From a virus (lineage: Duplodnaviria; Caudoviricetes), in IMG/VR virus record IMGVR_UViG_3300009111_000015, positions 1 through 32,181 of that record: DNA of 32,181 nucleotides; one strand, given 5' to 3'. A model generated the notes under the pieces. It saw nothing but the letters and a program-made list of their open reading frames with translations, did not search any database and had not been told where the DNA came from. Positions 7,372 to 16,642 of the stretch are shown in pieces. The position numbers and the translations under genes are program-made. Each line of letters opens with the position of its first letter. Position 1 is the first letter of the stretch.

Positions 7372-10101
7372 TTAAACCATTGATTCATATCTGATGAGGC
7401 GGCCTTCTCGTTTTGCCTTTACAAGAGCATCTCCTATCCAGCGAGCGGCGTCTTCTATTCTATCGGCAGCTCGACTATCAACAGGAGTACCGGCGGGAAT
7501 ATTCAACACAACTGTACTCCCGCCAAACATATTTTTAGTTTCGGTATTGTTATAAACCCGTGTCCCCACTGGAAGAGAAGCGAATGTCGGTTTGTTAACC
7601 ATTCCATAACCTGAAACATATTCACTACCCTGTTCGCCAAGGAGTGTATCGACAACACCACCTTTTGCAAATTGCTGACGTTTTATCGTAGCAACCTGAA
7701 AGGCTGACGTTGCTGTCGCTAATGCCGCGGCTGCAATGGCAAGAGGCCATGGCTTGACTGTAAGAGCATTAGTGATAGCAAGCGCTCCATTAATCAAAGC
7801 CTGACCTACCGCAATATTCTGTTCTTTCTTTGCAGCGGCGCGATTCTGACCTTCAGCCTTCTTTAGTAGTGCCTCTTCTTGCTTTTGAGAGAGATTCATA
7901 TTCTTGATTTTTTCAACTTGTGCTTGATACTCCGAATTGCGCTTTGTTGATAAATATGATTGCCAACTACCAAGCATCTGTCCGGTCATATTTCCTAATT
8001 GAGAGACTTCCTGCATATAAATTTGAAGTCGTTCCTGTGATGCTTGTTTGACAAGAAGATTTCTCATGTTTTCGTATTGTTGTTGTGATATTAATCCGGT
8101 ATCCTGATAGTATTTCCATAAAGATAGTTCACTATTAATCTGTTCATTGATGGTGTAAATTCGACCCGTCAATGATTTAGAATTAAGATCATCAGCAATC
8201 TGCATATACCGATCTGCATATTTTTTGACAATATTTTGTTTCTCTTCTTCCTTTTGGCGCGTTGATATGATTTCTTGAATGTCACGTTCATATTGATATT
8301 CATTCAATTTGATACGATGTTCTCTGTCCATTAATAATAATTCATTATATTGAGCTTTCTTTACAAGATTTTGCGCCATTGTATTATCAGCCAATTCCGC
8401 CAGTTCTTTTACATTTGATACTTTTGTTAACGCTAACTGCTTTGTATATCCATCCAAGGATAAATTAATTTTTGATTTTTCAAAGCGTTCAGTTGCCGCA
8501 ATTATTTGTTTTTGTTTTTCATCAACCTCATTCAATATATCTTCCAATGTGGTAGTATCTTCAAGTATCGGTAAATTTTTACCCTTTTTCTTTCCAATAT
8601 TAGACGCTTTATCGTGCATTCCAGTTAAAATCTTAACCACATTATCAGCTGATTTAGAAGCAAGTTGTTCATATCTGTTAATGTTATCTTGTAAAGAGGC
8701 TGTATCAAATAAAGGACTTCCTTTAATCTTTTTCGATATAGAATTAATAGTATTTGCAATAAATAAAAATGATTTATTAAAATCCTCCATTACGGAATAA
8801 AATACTGCGGCAAACGTGTCAAAATGCAAAATCATAACTTTAACTACTTTACCGACGGTATCACCGATAAAAATAAAAGTCTGTCTGAAAAATACGACTA
8901 ATCCTTCAATTTCACTTTTATGGTCACGTACGTATTCAGAAGCTATATTAAACCAGTTTGCGTATCTCTTTAATGCATCAATCTTTCCAGCTGCGAATGT
9001 CTCTCCTATAGCAATTCCGAGACCTTCCTGTGCTGATTTAAGTAATATTGACGCTCCTTTAACATCATCCAACATGGTTTTAGACATTTCTGCGGAAGCA
9101 CCATCAGCATTCTTTAATGATTCGGTAAATTTGTCAAGTTCATCAACGTTATTAGTTAAAATAGTAGCGGCTGTTCCGGCATAAAGACCAAATATTTCCA
9201 TTGTTTGTCCGGCCGACAAATGAAGATCACGTACCTTTCTTAACTTTTCATATAATGTATCGTGCTGTACCGATTCAGCTCCTATTAGTTTTCCAACTTT
9301 CGAATGTTCTTGACCGAGAAGAGCTAATGTATGACGTAATCCGGTTCCAGCCTGTGATCCGACAACCTGTTGTTGAGCTAAAACCTCAATTGCCGCTGTT
9401 GTTTCTTCAAGAGATACTCCCATATTCCGAGCGACAGGTCCTACATATTTCATCGCATCTGTGTATCTTGCCAAGTCAAGAGCTGAATCATTAAATGATT
9501 TAGCCATTACATCAGCAACTCGAGTAGCCTGTGACGTATCAAGGTTGAATTGTCGCAACGTAGAGATCATTATTTCAGTTGATCTTTCCAATCCTTCTTC
9601 TGATCCAGCAGCGAGATTAAGAGCATCGGGTAAAACAGCTATCGATGATGCAGCATCAACACCTAATTTACCCATATTTACAAGAGCTTCTCCGGTCTGT
9701 ACTGCTGTAAATACGGTTGTTCTGCCATAGTATGACATAGCCTCTTTTAAGTCATTAACCTCATCAGATGTTGGTGTCATTATTGCGCGCATACGAGATA
9801 TTTGATGTTCAAATGACATGAACAATTCAGAACTTTGGCGAATACCGTCCTTAAGTTTAAATATAGCGGATGTCATAGCCCCAGCGGCAAGAGCCCCAGG
9901 GCCGAACCTTACCGCAAGGTTTCTTATTTGTCTTTCAAAAATACCAGCACTTTTCGCAGCACTGTCGGTTACTTTCGTTTGATCAGAAAGAACCTTTTTA
10001 CTATTATCGGAAAAGTTTCTCAAATTGGCTTCAATGGTTTTAAGATTATTGGATATAAAATCCTTTAATCTTGCTTCCATCAACAATCCTTCGTCAGCCA
10101 T
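7372..10101 (-). CDS. tail tape measure protein, TP901 family (909 aa)
   Basis: Ala-rich helical; 'TTVFTA..L.NM.KLG', 'RVADVMAK', 'KYVGPVA..GVSLEET.A', 'GSQAGTGLR' core; C-terminal 'FAKGG'; follows chaperone. Confidence 0.95.
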   Translation of the reverse strand: MADEGLLMEARLKDFISNNLKTIEANLRNFSDNSKKVLSDQTKVTDSAAKSAGIFERQIRNLAVRFGPGALAAGAMTSAIFKLKDGIRQSSELFMSFEHQISRMRAIMTPTSDEVNDLKEAMSYYGRTTVFTAVQTGEALVNMGKLGVDAASSIAVLPDALNLAAGSEEGLERSTEIMISTLRQFNLDTSQATRVADVMAKSFNDSALDLARYTDAMKYVGPVARNMGVSLEETTAAIEVLAQQQVVGSQAGTGLRHTLALLGQEHSKVGKLIGAESVQHDTLYEKLRKVRDLHLSAGQTMEIFGLYAGTAATILTNNVDELDKFTESLKNADGASAEMSKTMLDDVKGASILLKSAQEGLGIAIGETFAAGKIDALKRYANWFNIASEYVRDHKSEIEGLVVFFRQTFIFIGDTVGKVVKVMILHFDTFAAVFYSVMEDFNKSFLFIANTINSISKKIKGSPLFDTASLQDNINRYEQLASKSADNVVKILTGMHDKASNIGKKKGKNLPILEDTTTLEDILNEVDEKQKQIIAATERFEKSKINLSLDGYTKQLALTKVSNVKELAELADNTMAQNLVKKAQYNELLLMDREHRIKLNEYQYERDIQEIISTRQKEEEKQNIVKKYADRYMQIADDLNSKSLTGRIYTINEQINSELSLWKYYQDTGLISQQQYENMRNLLVKQASQERLQIYMQEVSQLGNMTGQMLGSWQSYLSTKRNSEYQAQVEKIKNMNLSQKQEEALLKKAEGQNRAAAKKEQNIAVGQALINGALAITNALTVKPWPLAIAAAALATATSAFQVATIKRQQFAKGGVVDTLLGEQGSEYVSGYGMVNKPTFASLPVGTRVYNNTETKNMFGGSTVVLNIPAGTPVDSRAADRIEDAARWIGDALVKAKREGRLIRYESMV

Positions 10102-10109
10102 AGATTACC

Positions 10110-10472
10110 TCAAGTTTTTCGCTGGGAAGAAATATATTCAGATAATTTACCTTTGTAATACATCTCGGCAAACAAATACCGTGCTGAAACATTATTGATA
10201 GATGGAAATGGTGACGAAGGATGCGCTTCATGATATGAATAGATATGCATGAATTCAAACACACTTTTCGGAATAAATTTCTGCATACAATTTTTGTAAA
10301 CATATCTGACACCATTTTCATCTTCAATCTCATTCGTTCCGCCATTAAGCCGCGTCTCATTTTCGCATCCCCAGGCATCGCGAAGTTTGGGATTCTTTTT
10401 ACAAAGAGAACAATCATATTTTCCTTTCCAAATCCCAAACTCCGGATGGAGAGCGGCTATTATTCTAAACCC
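10110..10472 (-). CDS. -1 frameshift extension of tail assembly chaperone (gpT-like part of gpGT)
   Basis: the -1 frame is open for 120 codons from slippery GGGTTTA to TGA at 10112-10110, ending in the tape-measure RBS; translation RIIAALHPEFGIWKGKYDCSLCKKNPKLRDAWGC...SSQRKT. Confidence 0.85.
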   Translation of the reverse strand, partial: GFRIIAALHPEFGIWKGKYDCSLCKKNPKLRDAWGCENETRLNGGTNEIEDENGVRYVYKNCMQKFIPKSVFEFMHIYSYHEAHPSSPFPSINNVSARYLFAEMYYKGKLSEYISSQRKT

Positions 10473-10966
10473 CGAAGTTCTTCTTCCGTCAATACCGCAC
10501 GTTCATTGATTGCGTTCTGTAATTCTATTTGCAATTCAGGACGTAAATAACGGATGAAATCCCGAGTGGAGATTTTCTTTGTTTCAACGACCTTTCCTTC
10601 TCTGGAAAAAACAAGTGTGCTATTCAGCGAGTCGTAATTAGCGATACGTCCGTCTTCAAAATAGAAATTCTTTACCGATCGAATACCTTTCTCCAGTGTT
10701 TCAACTCGTGCAGCTCCACTTTCAATATGAAGTTTAGTCTCCTTTGTCGATTGATCAAGCGTCATAAATCCGGAAGCGTCCTCCCTGCTTGCCGCTTCAA
10801 GTCCGTCAAGGCTTTTTAGAACAAACACCGGCCAAAAATCCTTCGGGATATTATTAAGTCGGTACGATCTCGGAACGTATTTAAATTCCGCTTCAACGGA
10901 AAATCCGAGACATCCGGAGAGTTTTGCCTTCAATTCATCAGTCAATCTTACTTCTTTTACTTCCAT
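10460..10966 (-). CDS. tail assembly chaperone (gpG-like, 168 aa)
   Basis: between tail tube and tape measure; ends on a slippery site; RBS GAAAGAGG. Confidence 0.85.
   Translation of the reverse strand: MEVKEVRLTDELKAKLSGCLGFSVEAEFKYVPRSYRLNNIPKDFWPVFVLKSLDGLEAASREDASGFMTLDQSTKETKLHIESGAARVETLEKGIRSVKNFYFEDGRIANYDSLNSTLVFSREGKVVETKKISTRDFIRYLRPELQIELQNAINERAVLTEEELRGLE
10466..10472 (-). promoter_or_regulatory. programmed -1 ribosomal frameshift site G GGT TTA
   Basis: X XXY YYZ heptamer in correct phase, one codon before the chaperone stop. Confidence 0.85.
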
Positions 10967-10970
10967 ACTA

Positions 10971-11063
10971 CGGCCTCTTTCTATAAATCACGGCCCGATT
11001 TATAATAGGGAGAGGGCAGGGGCCGCTCCTGCAAATGATCCCGCATAAGAATCATCCTCTCCC
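10971..11063 (-). promoter_or_regulatory. structured intergenic RNA (three-way junction plus hairpin) upstream of chaperone RBS
   Basis: stems GGGAGAGG/CCTCTCCC (11008-11015/11056-11063), GCAGG/CCTGC, ATGAT/ATCAT and TATAAATC/GATTTATA (10982-11004). Confidence 0.55.
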
Positions 11064-11072
11064 GTAAGTTAA

Positions 11073-12044
11073 TCAAATTTTAGTACCTTGCAGAATCTCA
11101 AACTCATCATTACCAGCAGGTCCACCTTTCAATTCACAGTTTTTCTGATTTGTTACATGACCTTCACGCTCCTGTGGATTGTATGCTTTAATATACTGTA
11201 CCGCGGGAGCGATTAATTGAGCATTAGTTCCAACAGTAACAACCATCGCACCGGTAGTATCACCAGTCCATCGAGCATAATCCCCACGATTTGCAATCAA
11301 ATCCATATCCGGATCAAGCTCTAACGAAATATTTCTTCCGACAATATGAGCACCTTCATACCCTTCGGACTTTGACGGATCAGTAAACAACTGGACATCA
11401 TTACCAAGATCAATTGTAAATTTATCAAGTTTCTGTGTTTCGCCGAATAATGTTATTGTGCTTGACAGCACAGCATCGGGAAGATCAGTATCCGTGATAG
11501 TTGGAGTGATAATAGAAGCGTATGCTCTATCCTCAATTCCAGTTAATACGCTTCTGAAATCGTAATTGAAACTTAATGGACGACCGACACTATCGAGCAC
11601 GTATTTACAATTACCCATACCGCCACGACCACGTATTACGAGATCGCTCGGAGAAGCGCCTTCGTCACGTTCCTGTATGTGAATAGTACCCGGGACACGA
11701 GTATAGTCAGCATGAGGAACATATCCTACACCTGTTCCGGCATAAACTGTTTCTTTCAACCCACACATTCGTTGAGTAACTCCCCATTTAGGAGCGGTTC
11801 CAAGAGCGGTATCGCGCACATAAAAATCATGACGTGCTGTGATTTTGAGCTCTCTTTTTCCGGCAATGGACGGATCCCACGACATATGGCCACGCGCTAT
11901 TTTTCGAGCATACATCTGGATTTCAGGGGAATACTCAATGTCATTCCACGGGATGCTGTAATCGCTTGCCGCCAACGTTTCTTCAGTATAAGGAGTGCTC
12001 TCAATTTTCACTCCCATAGTCCGCTTCGCTTTGATAAATGCCAT
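11073..12044 (-). CDS. major tail (tube) protein (323 aa)
   Basis: N-terminal 'MGVKIESTPY.E' pattern, strong RBS AAAGGAGGT, position upstream of chaperone and tape measure; no sheath gene seen. Confidence 0.85.
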   Translation of the reverse strand: MAFIKAKRTMGVKIESTPYTEETLAASDYSIPWNDIEYSPEIQMYARKIARGHMSWDPSIAGKRELKITARHDFYVRDTALGTAPKWGVTQRMCGLKETVYAGTGVGYVPHADYTRVPGTIHIQERDEGASPSDLVIRGRGGMGNCKYVLDSVGRPLSFNYDFRSVLTGIEDRAYASIITPTITDTDLPDAVLSSTITLFGETQKLDKFTIDLGNDVQLFTDPSKSEGYEGAHIVGRNISLELDPDMDLIANRGDYARWTGDTTGAMVVTVGTNAQLIAPAVQYIKAYNPQEREGHVTNQKNCELKGGPAGNDEFEILQGTKI

Positions 12045-12059
12045 AAAGCACCTCCTTTG

Positions 12060-12575
12060 TTAAGCTAAAGCAGTCGGATCTTCTAATTTTTGTCTGTACC
12101 AAACACGAAATTTGACTTCGATACCGCAGTTCGGCCGCGTCGCTTGATAACCGAATTTGCGACTACCTGTGTAAATGCAATTAAACACTGTCCGTACTCC
12201 GCTGGAGGAAGGAATATAATAATACTGACCAAAATAGGCTTGTAAGTCGGCAAGTTTATTCTCTTGCGCTAACTCAATATCATTCGCTTCTTCCATGAAG
12301 TTTACAAGTGTAAATTCAAATGAATTTTCAAGTATTGCCTTATTCGCCCCCGATTGCGTATGTGAACCGATATTTTGATTATTGCACTGTTCATCGTCCA
12401 TGAATAAATCAACTGCGTCAAGTTCTGGAACGTTTTCCGGGTCTTTTATCGGGGTTGCGATATGACGAATCGACCTTTTATAAATGTACCCATTACCCGA
12501 AGTACTACCGGCAATGATAGTACTCAACCCGTATTTTATAGCGCTTCTTATTTCGGTTAAGCAGTGGTTAGCCAT
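12060..12575 (-). CDS. tail terminator / completion protein (171 aa)
   Basis: position directly before tail tube; 'EIRSAIK..L' N-terminus and 'IEVKFRVWYRQ...DP' C-terminus typical of lambda gpU-like proteins. Confidence 0.7.
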   Translation of the reverse strand: MANHCLTEIRSAIKYGLSTIIAGSTSGNGYIYKRSIRHIATPIKDPENVPELDAVDLFMDDEQCNNQNIGSHTQSGANKAILENSFEFTLVNFMEEANDIELAQENKLADLQAYFGQYYYIPSSSGVRTVFNCIYTGSRKFGYQATRPNCGIEVKFRVWYRQKLEDPTALA

Positions 12576-13726
12576 TTTTCATTTTCCTTTGTTAAATAGG
12601 AAAGCGCTTCATTTCTGAAATTGAGCATATCTTTATCGTGAGGAGCATGTCTCAATACAAGTTTACTATACCAAAGAGCAAGTTCAATCTCTTGTCGTTT
12701 AGTGAATATTTCTATCAATCTCCTTGACGGAAATTCTTCGTAATAATAGGGTGATTGGAAACTCATCCCGTTAAGTTTCTTTTTCATTGCTTTCTTATAA
12801 TGGTATATAGCTTTGTCCTCTTCCTTTTTATCCATGAATATTTCACCGAGAATACAATGAGTTTCTGCATAATTTTCGCTGAAAGAAAGCGCGAGGTTAG
12901 CGTATATCTCGGCCTCAAAAAGATTGTCAAGCGAATACTCCGCAATTGTATAGCACATCATTGCCAGATTTTCATCATTCGCGTATCTAAAATCAATACA
13001 GGTTCTCATTTCCTTCAAGGCTTGTTTTAAATCATCTTCATTTTTCGTATTCCGATATTTGGATAACATTTCATTTGCATGAAATAAATAAGAATGTTGT
13101 GTCGGTTCAACCTTAAGCTCATGATCAAGTATCTTCAGATTTCGTTCAATACTGATCAATGGATCTTTTTTTCTTGCATGTTCGATATCCAATCCTTCAA
13201 TGTTCGCCATTTTATTTGTTGTATGTAAATCAAGTTGTTCGTGTACCGGATGCATCCATCGTATATTTTTATCATTTCGAGAGATACGTTCTTTCAAAAA
13301 TCTTGTTGAAAATTTACCGGGTTCCCGTTCATTAATCAAATAACCCATCATTATAAAGTCACGATCACTGGAAAGGACTTGTCTTTTAAGGTTGAAAAGT
13401 GCTTCGCTACATTTGATCCGGTCATCACAATCTAACCACATGATAAAATCAGAGGTGGTATTATCGATACAAGTATTTCTTGCAGCGGCGAAATTGCCAT
13501 AAGGATAGCGATCAGAAATCCAACAGTAATTACATAATGTCAAGTTATTTATTTGTTCAAGGTATTCATCAAGTTTTGACCTATCTTCATTAAATTTCGA
13601 CAATTCATAAGTATAACAAATGACAATCTCATCAAAGAAATTTTTTGCATCGACTGTTTGCAAACATTCGAGAAGATTATCTGACTCTCCAGGACCAACT
13701 ATTGTATTAAGTGCTAAAGTTTTCAT
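12557..13726 (-). CDS. GT2 glycosyltransferase with C-terminal TPR repeats (SunS/flagellin-GT-like architecture, 389 aa)
   Basis: 'NFAAARN', 'FIMWLDCDD' (DxD), 'RWMHPVHEQL', 'RNLKIL'; TPR-like 'YAETHCILGEIF..AIYHYKKAM'. Confidence 0.9.
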   Translation of the reverse strand: MKTLALNTIVGPGESDNLLECLQTVDAKNFFDEIVICYTYELSKFNEDRSKLDEYLEQINNLTLCNYCWISDRYPYGNFAAARNTCIDNTTSDFIMWLDCDDRIKCSEALFNLKRQVLSSDRDFIMMGYLINEREPGKFSTRFLKERISRNDKNIRWMHPVHEQLDLHTTNKMANIEGLDIEHARKKDPLISIERNLKILDHELKVEPTQHSYLFHANEMLSKYRNTKNEDDLKQALKEMRTCIDFRYANDENLAMMCYTIAEYSLDNLFEAEIYANLALSFSENYAETHCILGEIFMDKKEEDKAIYHYKKAMKKKLNGMSFQSPYYYEEFPSRRLIEIFTKRQEIELALWYSKLVLRHAPHDKDMLNFRNEALSYLTKENEKWLTTA

Positions 13727-14757
13727 TGCGCGACCTCTTTCATAACCAGTGTTTTATCGTTATGCTGACGATAATAATAAAAATTAAACCGATCTTCGTA
13801 CTTTTCAAAAGATATTTTTCGCGGAATGATGCATTTTTCTCCGGCAATTTCAAGAAATTTTTTATTCAGTCCTCCACATATCCATTGCAAATCGCATTTC
13901 TTGCATGGGTAGTCTTTACATTCAACTGTATTAGATCCGGCAATCCCCCACTGGAGAAAAATCTCCGGTTGTTTAACTTTGATCGAGTAATCCCATTCAT
14001 ATGGATCAAAAACAACATGGAGATCGTTACAAATGCATCGTCGGTATTCTTCCGCTATTTGACACATAGGATAATAACGAACATTGACACCTATTCCGGT
14101 GTCTTCAAGAATTTTTATTGCTGAATTAAGTTGAGGTTGAACAATATAAAAGCCTGCAATGATATCTTCGACGGATTGATTATCATACATCCATCCGTGA
14201 TGAGGATTCATATTTATGAAATTGACAATAGACGGATTCCATTGTTTCATCCATTCAGCGGTTTCGGCGAGTTCACTCTGGTTGAATTGATTAATGACAC
14301 AATTAAACCGTAATCCAATTCGTCCATTGATTTGTTCGAGGAATTTAATTTGATTTTTACGTGCACCTTGAACCGTCAATTTATCATGCGTACCCTCTAA
14401 ACCATGAACGGAAACAAGAAACTCCTTAAGGCCTATATTAATAAGATTAGCTGCTATGAATTGATTAACGACACCATTGGTGATAATAGTCGAACCACAA
14501 TTTTCCTTATTCAGTAATTCGATAAACTGATAAATATCAGGATGCATTGTCGGCTCTCCACCAGTGAAGTCACACCAAGTATTGCCTCTGGAAAGCCCCT
14601 TCCCGATCTCCTGAACTATTGTGTCATGATCATGAAATTTTCCTTTCGTCAAATCGCCTTCATGATGATGATAACAAAATTTACAATTCATATTACATCG
14701 ATGTCCTACATCGACAACGAAACGTTTAGTACATTGCGGCCTTACCATTGAAAACAT
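13723..14757 (-). CDS. radical SAM enzyme with C-terminal auxiliary Cys motif (344 aa)
   Basis: CNMNCKFC (CxxxCxxC), 'TGGEPTMH', 'ITNG', 'VSVHG', 'RYYPMC', C-terminal CKKCDLQWICGG. Confidence 0.93.
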   Translation of the reverse strand: MFSMVRPQCTKRFVVDVGHRCNMNCKFCYHHHEGDLTKGKFHDHDTIVQEIGKGLSRGNTWCDFTGGEPTMHPDIYQFIELLNKENCGSTIITNGVVNQFIAANLINIGLKEFLVSVHGLEGTHDKLTVQGARKNQIKFLEQINGRIGLRFNCVINQFNQSELAETAEWMKQWNPSIVNFINMNPHHGWMYDNQSVEDIIAGFYIVQPQLNSAIKILEDTGIGVNVRYYPMCQIAEEYRRCICNDLHVVFDPYEWDYSIKVKQPEIFLQWGIAGSNTVECKDYPCKKCDLQWICGGLNKKFLEIAGEKCIIPRKISFEKYEDRFNFYYYRQHNDKTLVMKEVAQ

Positions 14758-15302
14758 CCTTTCGTTCTATCGAAATATTTAAGCCAGGACCAATCTTGAA
14801 AATAAAGATCAGGTCCTCCGAGTAAATTATCAACAGTCTTTGTCACTCCTCTGGTTAATGGATTACCGTAGTCATGTCCGGTAATAAACGCATTATCCTT
14901 AAGTTTTCTTGACATATTAATAATATCTAATTTACACATTTCTTCGGAATGGAAACCGTCAATATAACAACCATCAAGTGATCCATCAGGTATTTTATTT
15001 AGTAAATTAAGATTATCACTCCTTCCTTTCAGTTTTATTATATTGTTAAACCGCTCCATGCGAACATTAAACATCGCCTCTACTTCAGCGGCAGATCGCG
15101 TATTATAATCAGGAGCCCATTCCCAAATATCAATACAGTATAGTCTCGAACACCGAAGAGCCCAAAGTTCCGTACTATCTCCGTCATAACATCCAATCTC
15201 ACACCATACAAGATTATTCGGTAGTTCACAAATAAGATCAATCAATCCGCGCAACTGGTTGAAATCCGATCGATGCCCTATCGGTTTGATGATCGATTTC
15301 AT
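14742..15302 (-). CDS. class I SAM-dependent methyltransferase (Methyltransf_24-like, 186 aa)
   Basis: 'EIGCYDGDS', 'LYCIDIW', 'DGCYIDGFHS', 'ITGHDY'. Confidence 0.9.
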   Translation of the reverse strand: MKSIIKPIGHRSDFNQLRGLIDLICELPNNLVWCEIGCYDGDSTELWALRCSRLYCIDIWEWAPDYNTRSAAEVEAMFNVRMERFNNIIKLKGRSDNLNLLNKIPDGSLDGCYIDGFHSEEMCKLDIINMSRKLKDNAFITGHDYGNPLTRGVTKTVDNLLGGPDLYFQDWSWLKYFDRTKGCFQW

Positions 15303-16642
15303 TTCACTCTACGAAATGCAACGATTGACGTGTAGAACGTAGTGGGATGATACGTAATTTCCTGCAAACGATCATCTTTAATTAGAGTATCGTAATAAAA
15401 TTTGTTTACTCCTGCTCTACTATGGGTAAAATCATGAAAGACAAGAGTACCACCAACCCTTATTTTATTTATCCACGCTTTATAATCTTTACTAACTCCA
15501 TCATAAGAATGATCAGCATCGAAAAAACAACCATCAATAGAATCGTCGGATATTTGTTCAGCAACATCATATGAACGGCCACGAAGTACCGTCACGTTTT
15601 TACAGTCGGATAAATAATTCTTAATTTTAGTGAAAGAATGCGGATTATCGTTATAATTCTTGATATACTCTTCTTGCCATGGCTTATCTTCAATCAATTC
15701 CAACTGCTCAAATACATCAATAGTTATAACCTCTTTACAGTAGCGCGACAACATTCGAGCAGTTGTCCCTTGATTGGTGCCGAGTTCAACAACCTTTTCT
15801 TTTCCAGAGAGCAACGTTATTAAAACATGAATATCACCACTGGAAAGAGAGCCGTAAGAGTATGTCTGTGACATATATTGTACAAAATCATCGTACGGCG
15901 TTATTCCGTAACCATAAATAGCGTCGCGAAAGACTTGATGGAGTAATATATTTCCTTCAAGCAACTCACTCTTCATTTTGGTTTTCAGTTGAGGAAAATG
16001 TGCCATGAAAAAACTATGATTTAGCCCTACTGCAATAGTTTCCTGCTTGATAAATGGACGATAATCAATATCTTCAAAAAAGACATACGGTATTCTATCA
16101 ATATTTATCGGAAGAAATACAGCGCGCGGCAGTTTTTGGCATACATCCTTGAATTTCCATAACGCTAATGGCGTTAGTATAGGTTCACCGAATGTAGTCC
16201 ATTGTAGTTGACTATTAGAAGAGAGAATTGTGTTAATGGATTTAAGCCATGATTCGGTAACAAGGGAACGTTCTTTTGCATGGAAATATCCATTGAGAAC
16301 ACGACCATCGCTCCACTGGAAAAAACTGAATTCTTTTTCATCATTGACATAATCCGCGAGAAGAGAAATTGGCCGGATAAACACCGTATCCGCGTCTAAC
16401 CAAGTACCTCCGAATTTGTTGATTATCGAAACACAGATACAGTCTTTTCGATGGGCGAGACATGTAAGATTTTTCCATCGTTTATCCAATCCTGAATCAG
16501 TAAGGTATTCGTCAACATTTTCAGGAGTCAAGATTATCAATTCAGGACACCACCTTTTCATGGAATCAAGACATAATTCGATATAAGTAGGAGTGACCTC
16601 TCCTTTTGGATTCTCCCAATAAGTGAAAACTTTATTATTCAT
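15299..16642 (-). CDS. fusion: capsular-polysaccharide-synthesis/GT32-like glycosyltransferase + Methyltransf_24-like methyltransferase (447 aa)
   Basis: N-terminal 'VFTYW..CLDSM', 'HRKD', 'FGGTWLDAD'; C-terminal 'VVELGTNQG', 'FFDADHSY', 'GGTLVFHD'. Confidence 0.9.
   Translation of the reverse strand: MNNKVFTYWENPKGEVTPTYIELCLDSMKRWCPELIILTPENVDEYLTDSGLDKRWKNLTCLAHRKDCICVSIINKFGGTWLDADTVFIRPISLLADYVNDEKEFSFFQWSDGRVLNGYFHAKERSLVTESWLKSINTILSSNSQLQWTTFGEPILTPLALWKFKDVCQKLPRAVFLPINIDRIPYVFFEDIDYRPFIKQETIAVGLNHSFFMAHFPQLKTKMKSELLEGNILLHQVFRDAIYGYGITPYDDFVQYMSQTYSYGSLSSGDIHVLITLLSGKEKVVELGTNQGTTARMLSRYCKEVITIDVFEQLELIEDKPWQEEYIKNYNDNPHSFTKIKNYLSDCKNVTVLRGRSYDVAEQISDDSIDGCFFDADHSYDGVSKDYKAWINKIRVGGTLVFHDFTHSRAGVNKFYYDTLIKDDRLQEITYHPTTFYTSIVAFRRVK

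Noticed and set aside
10094-10438. Track ORF MGFGKENM... (114 aa, minus strand)
   Set aside because: No RBS and odd composition; the overlapping -1 frame from the slippery site is the better coding frame.
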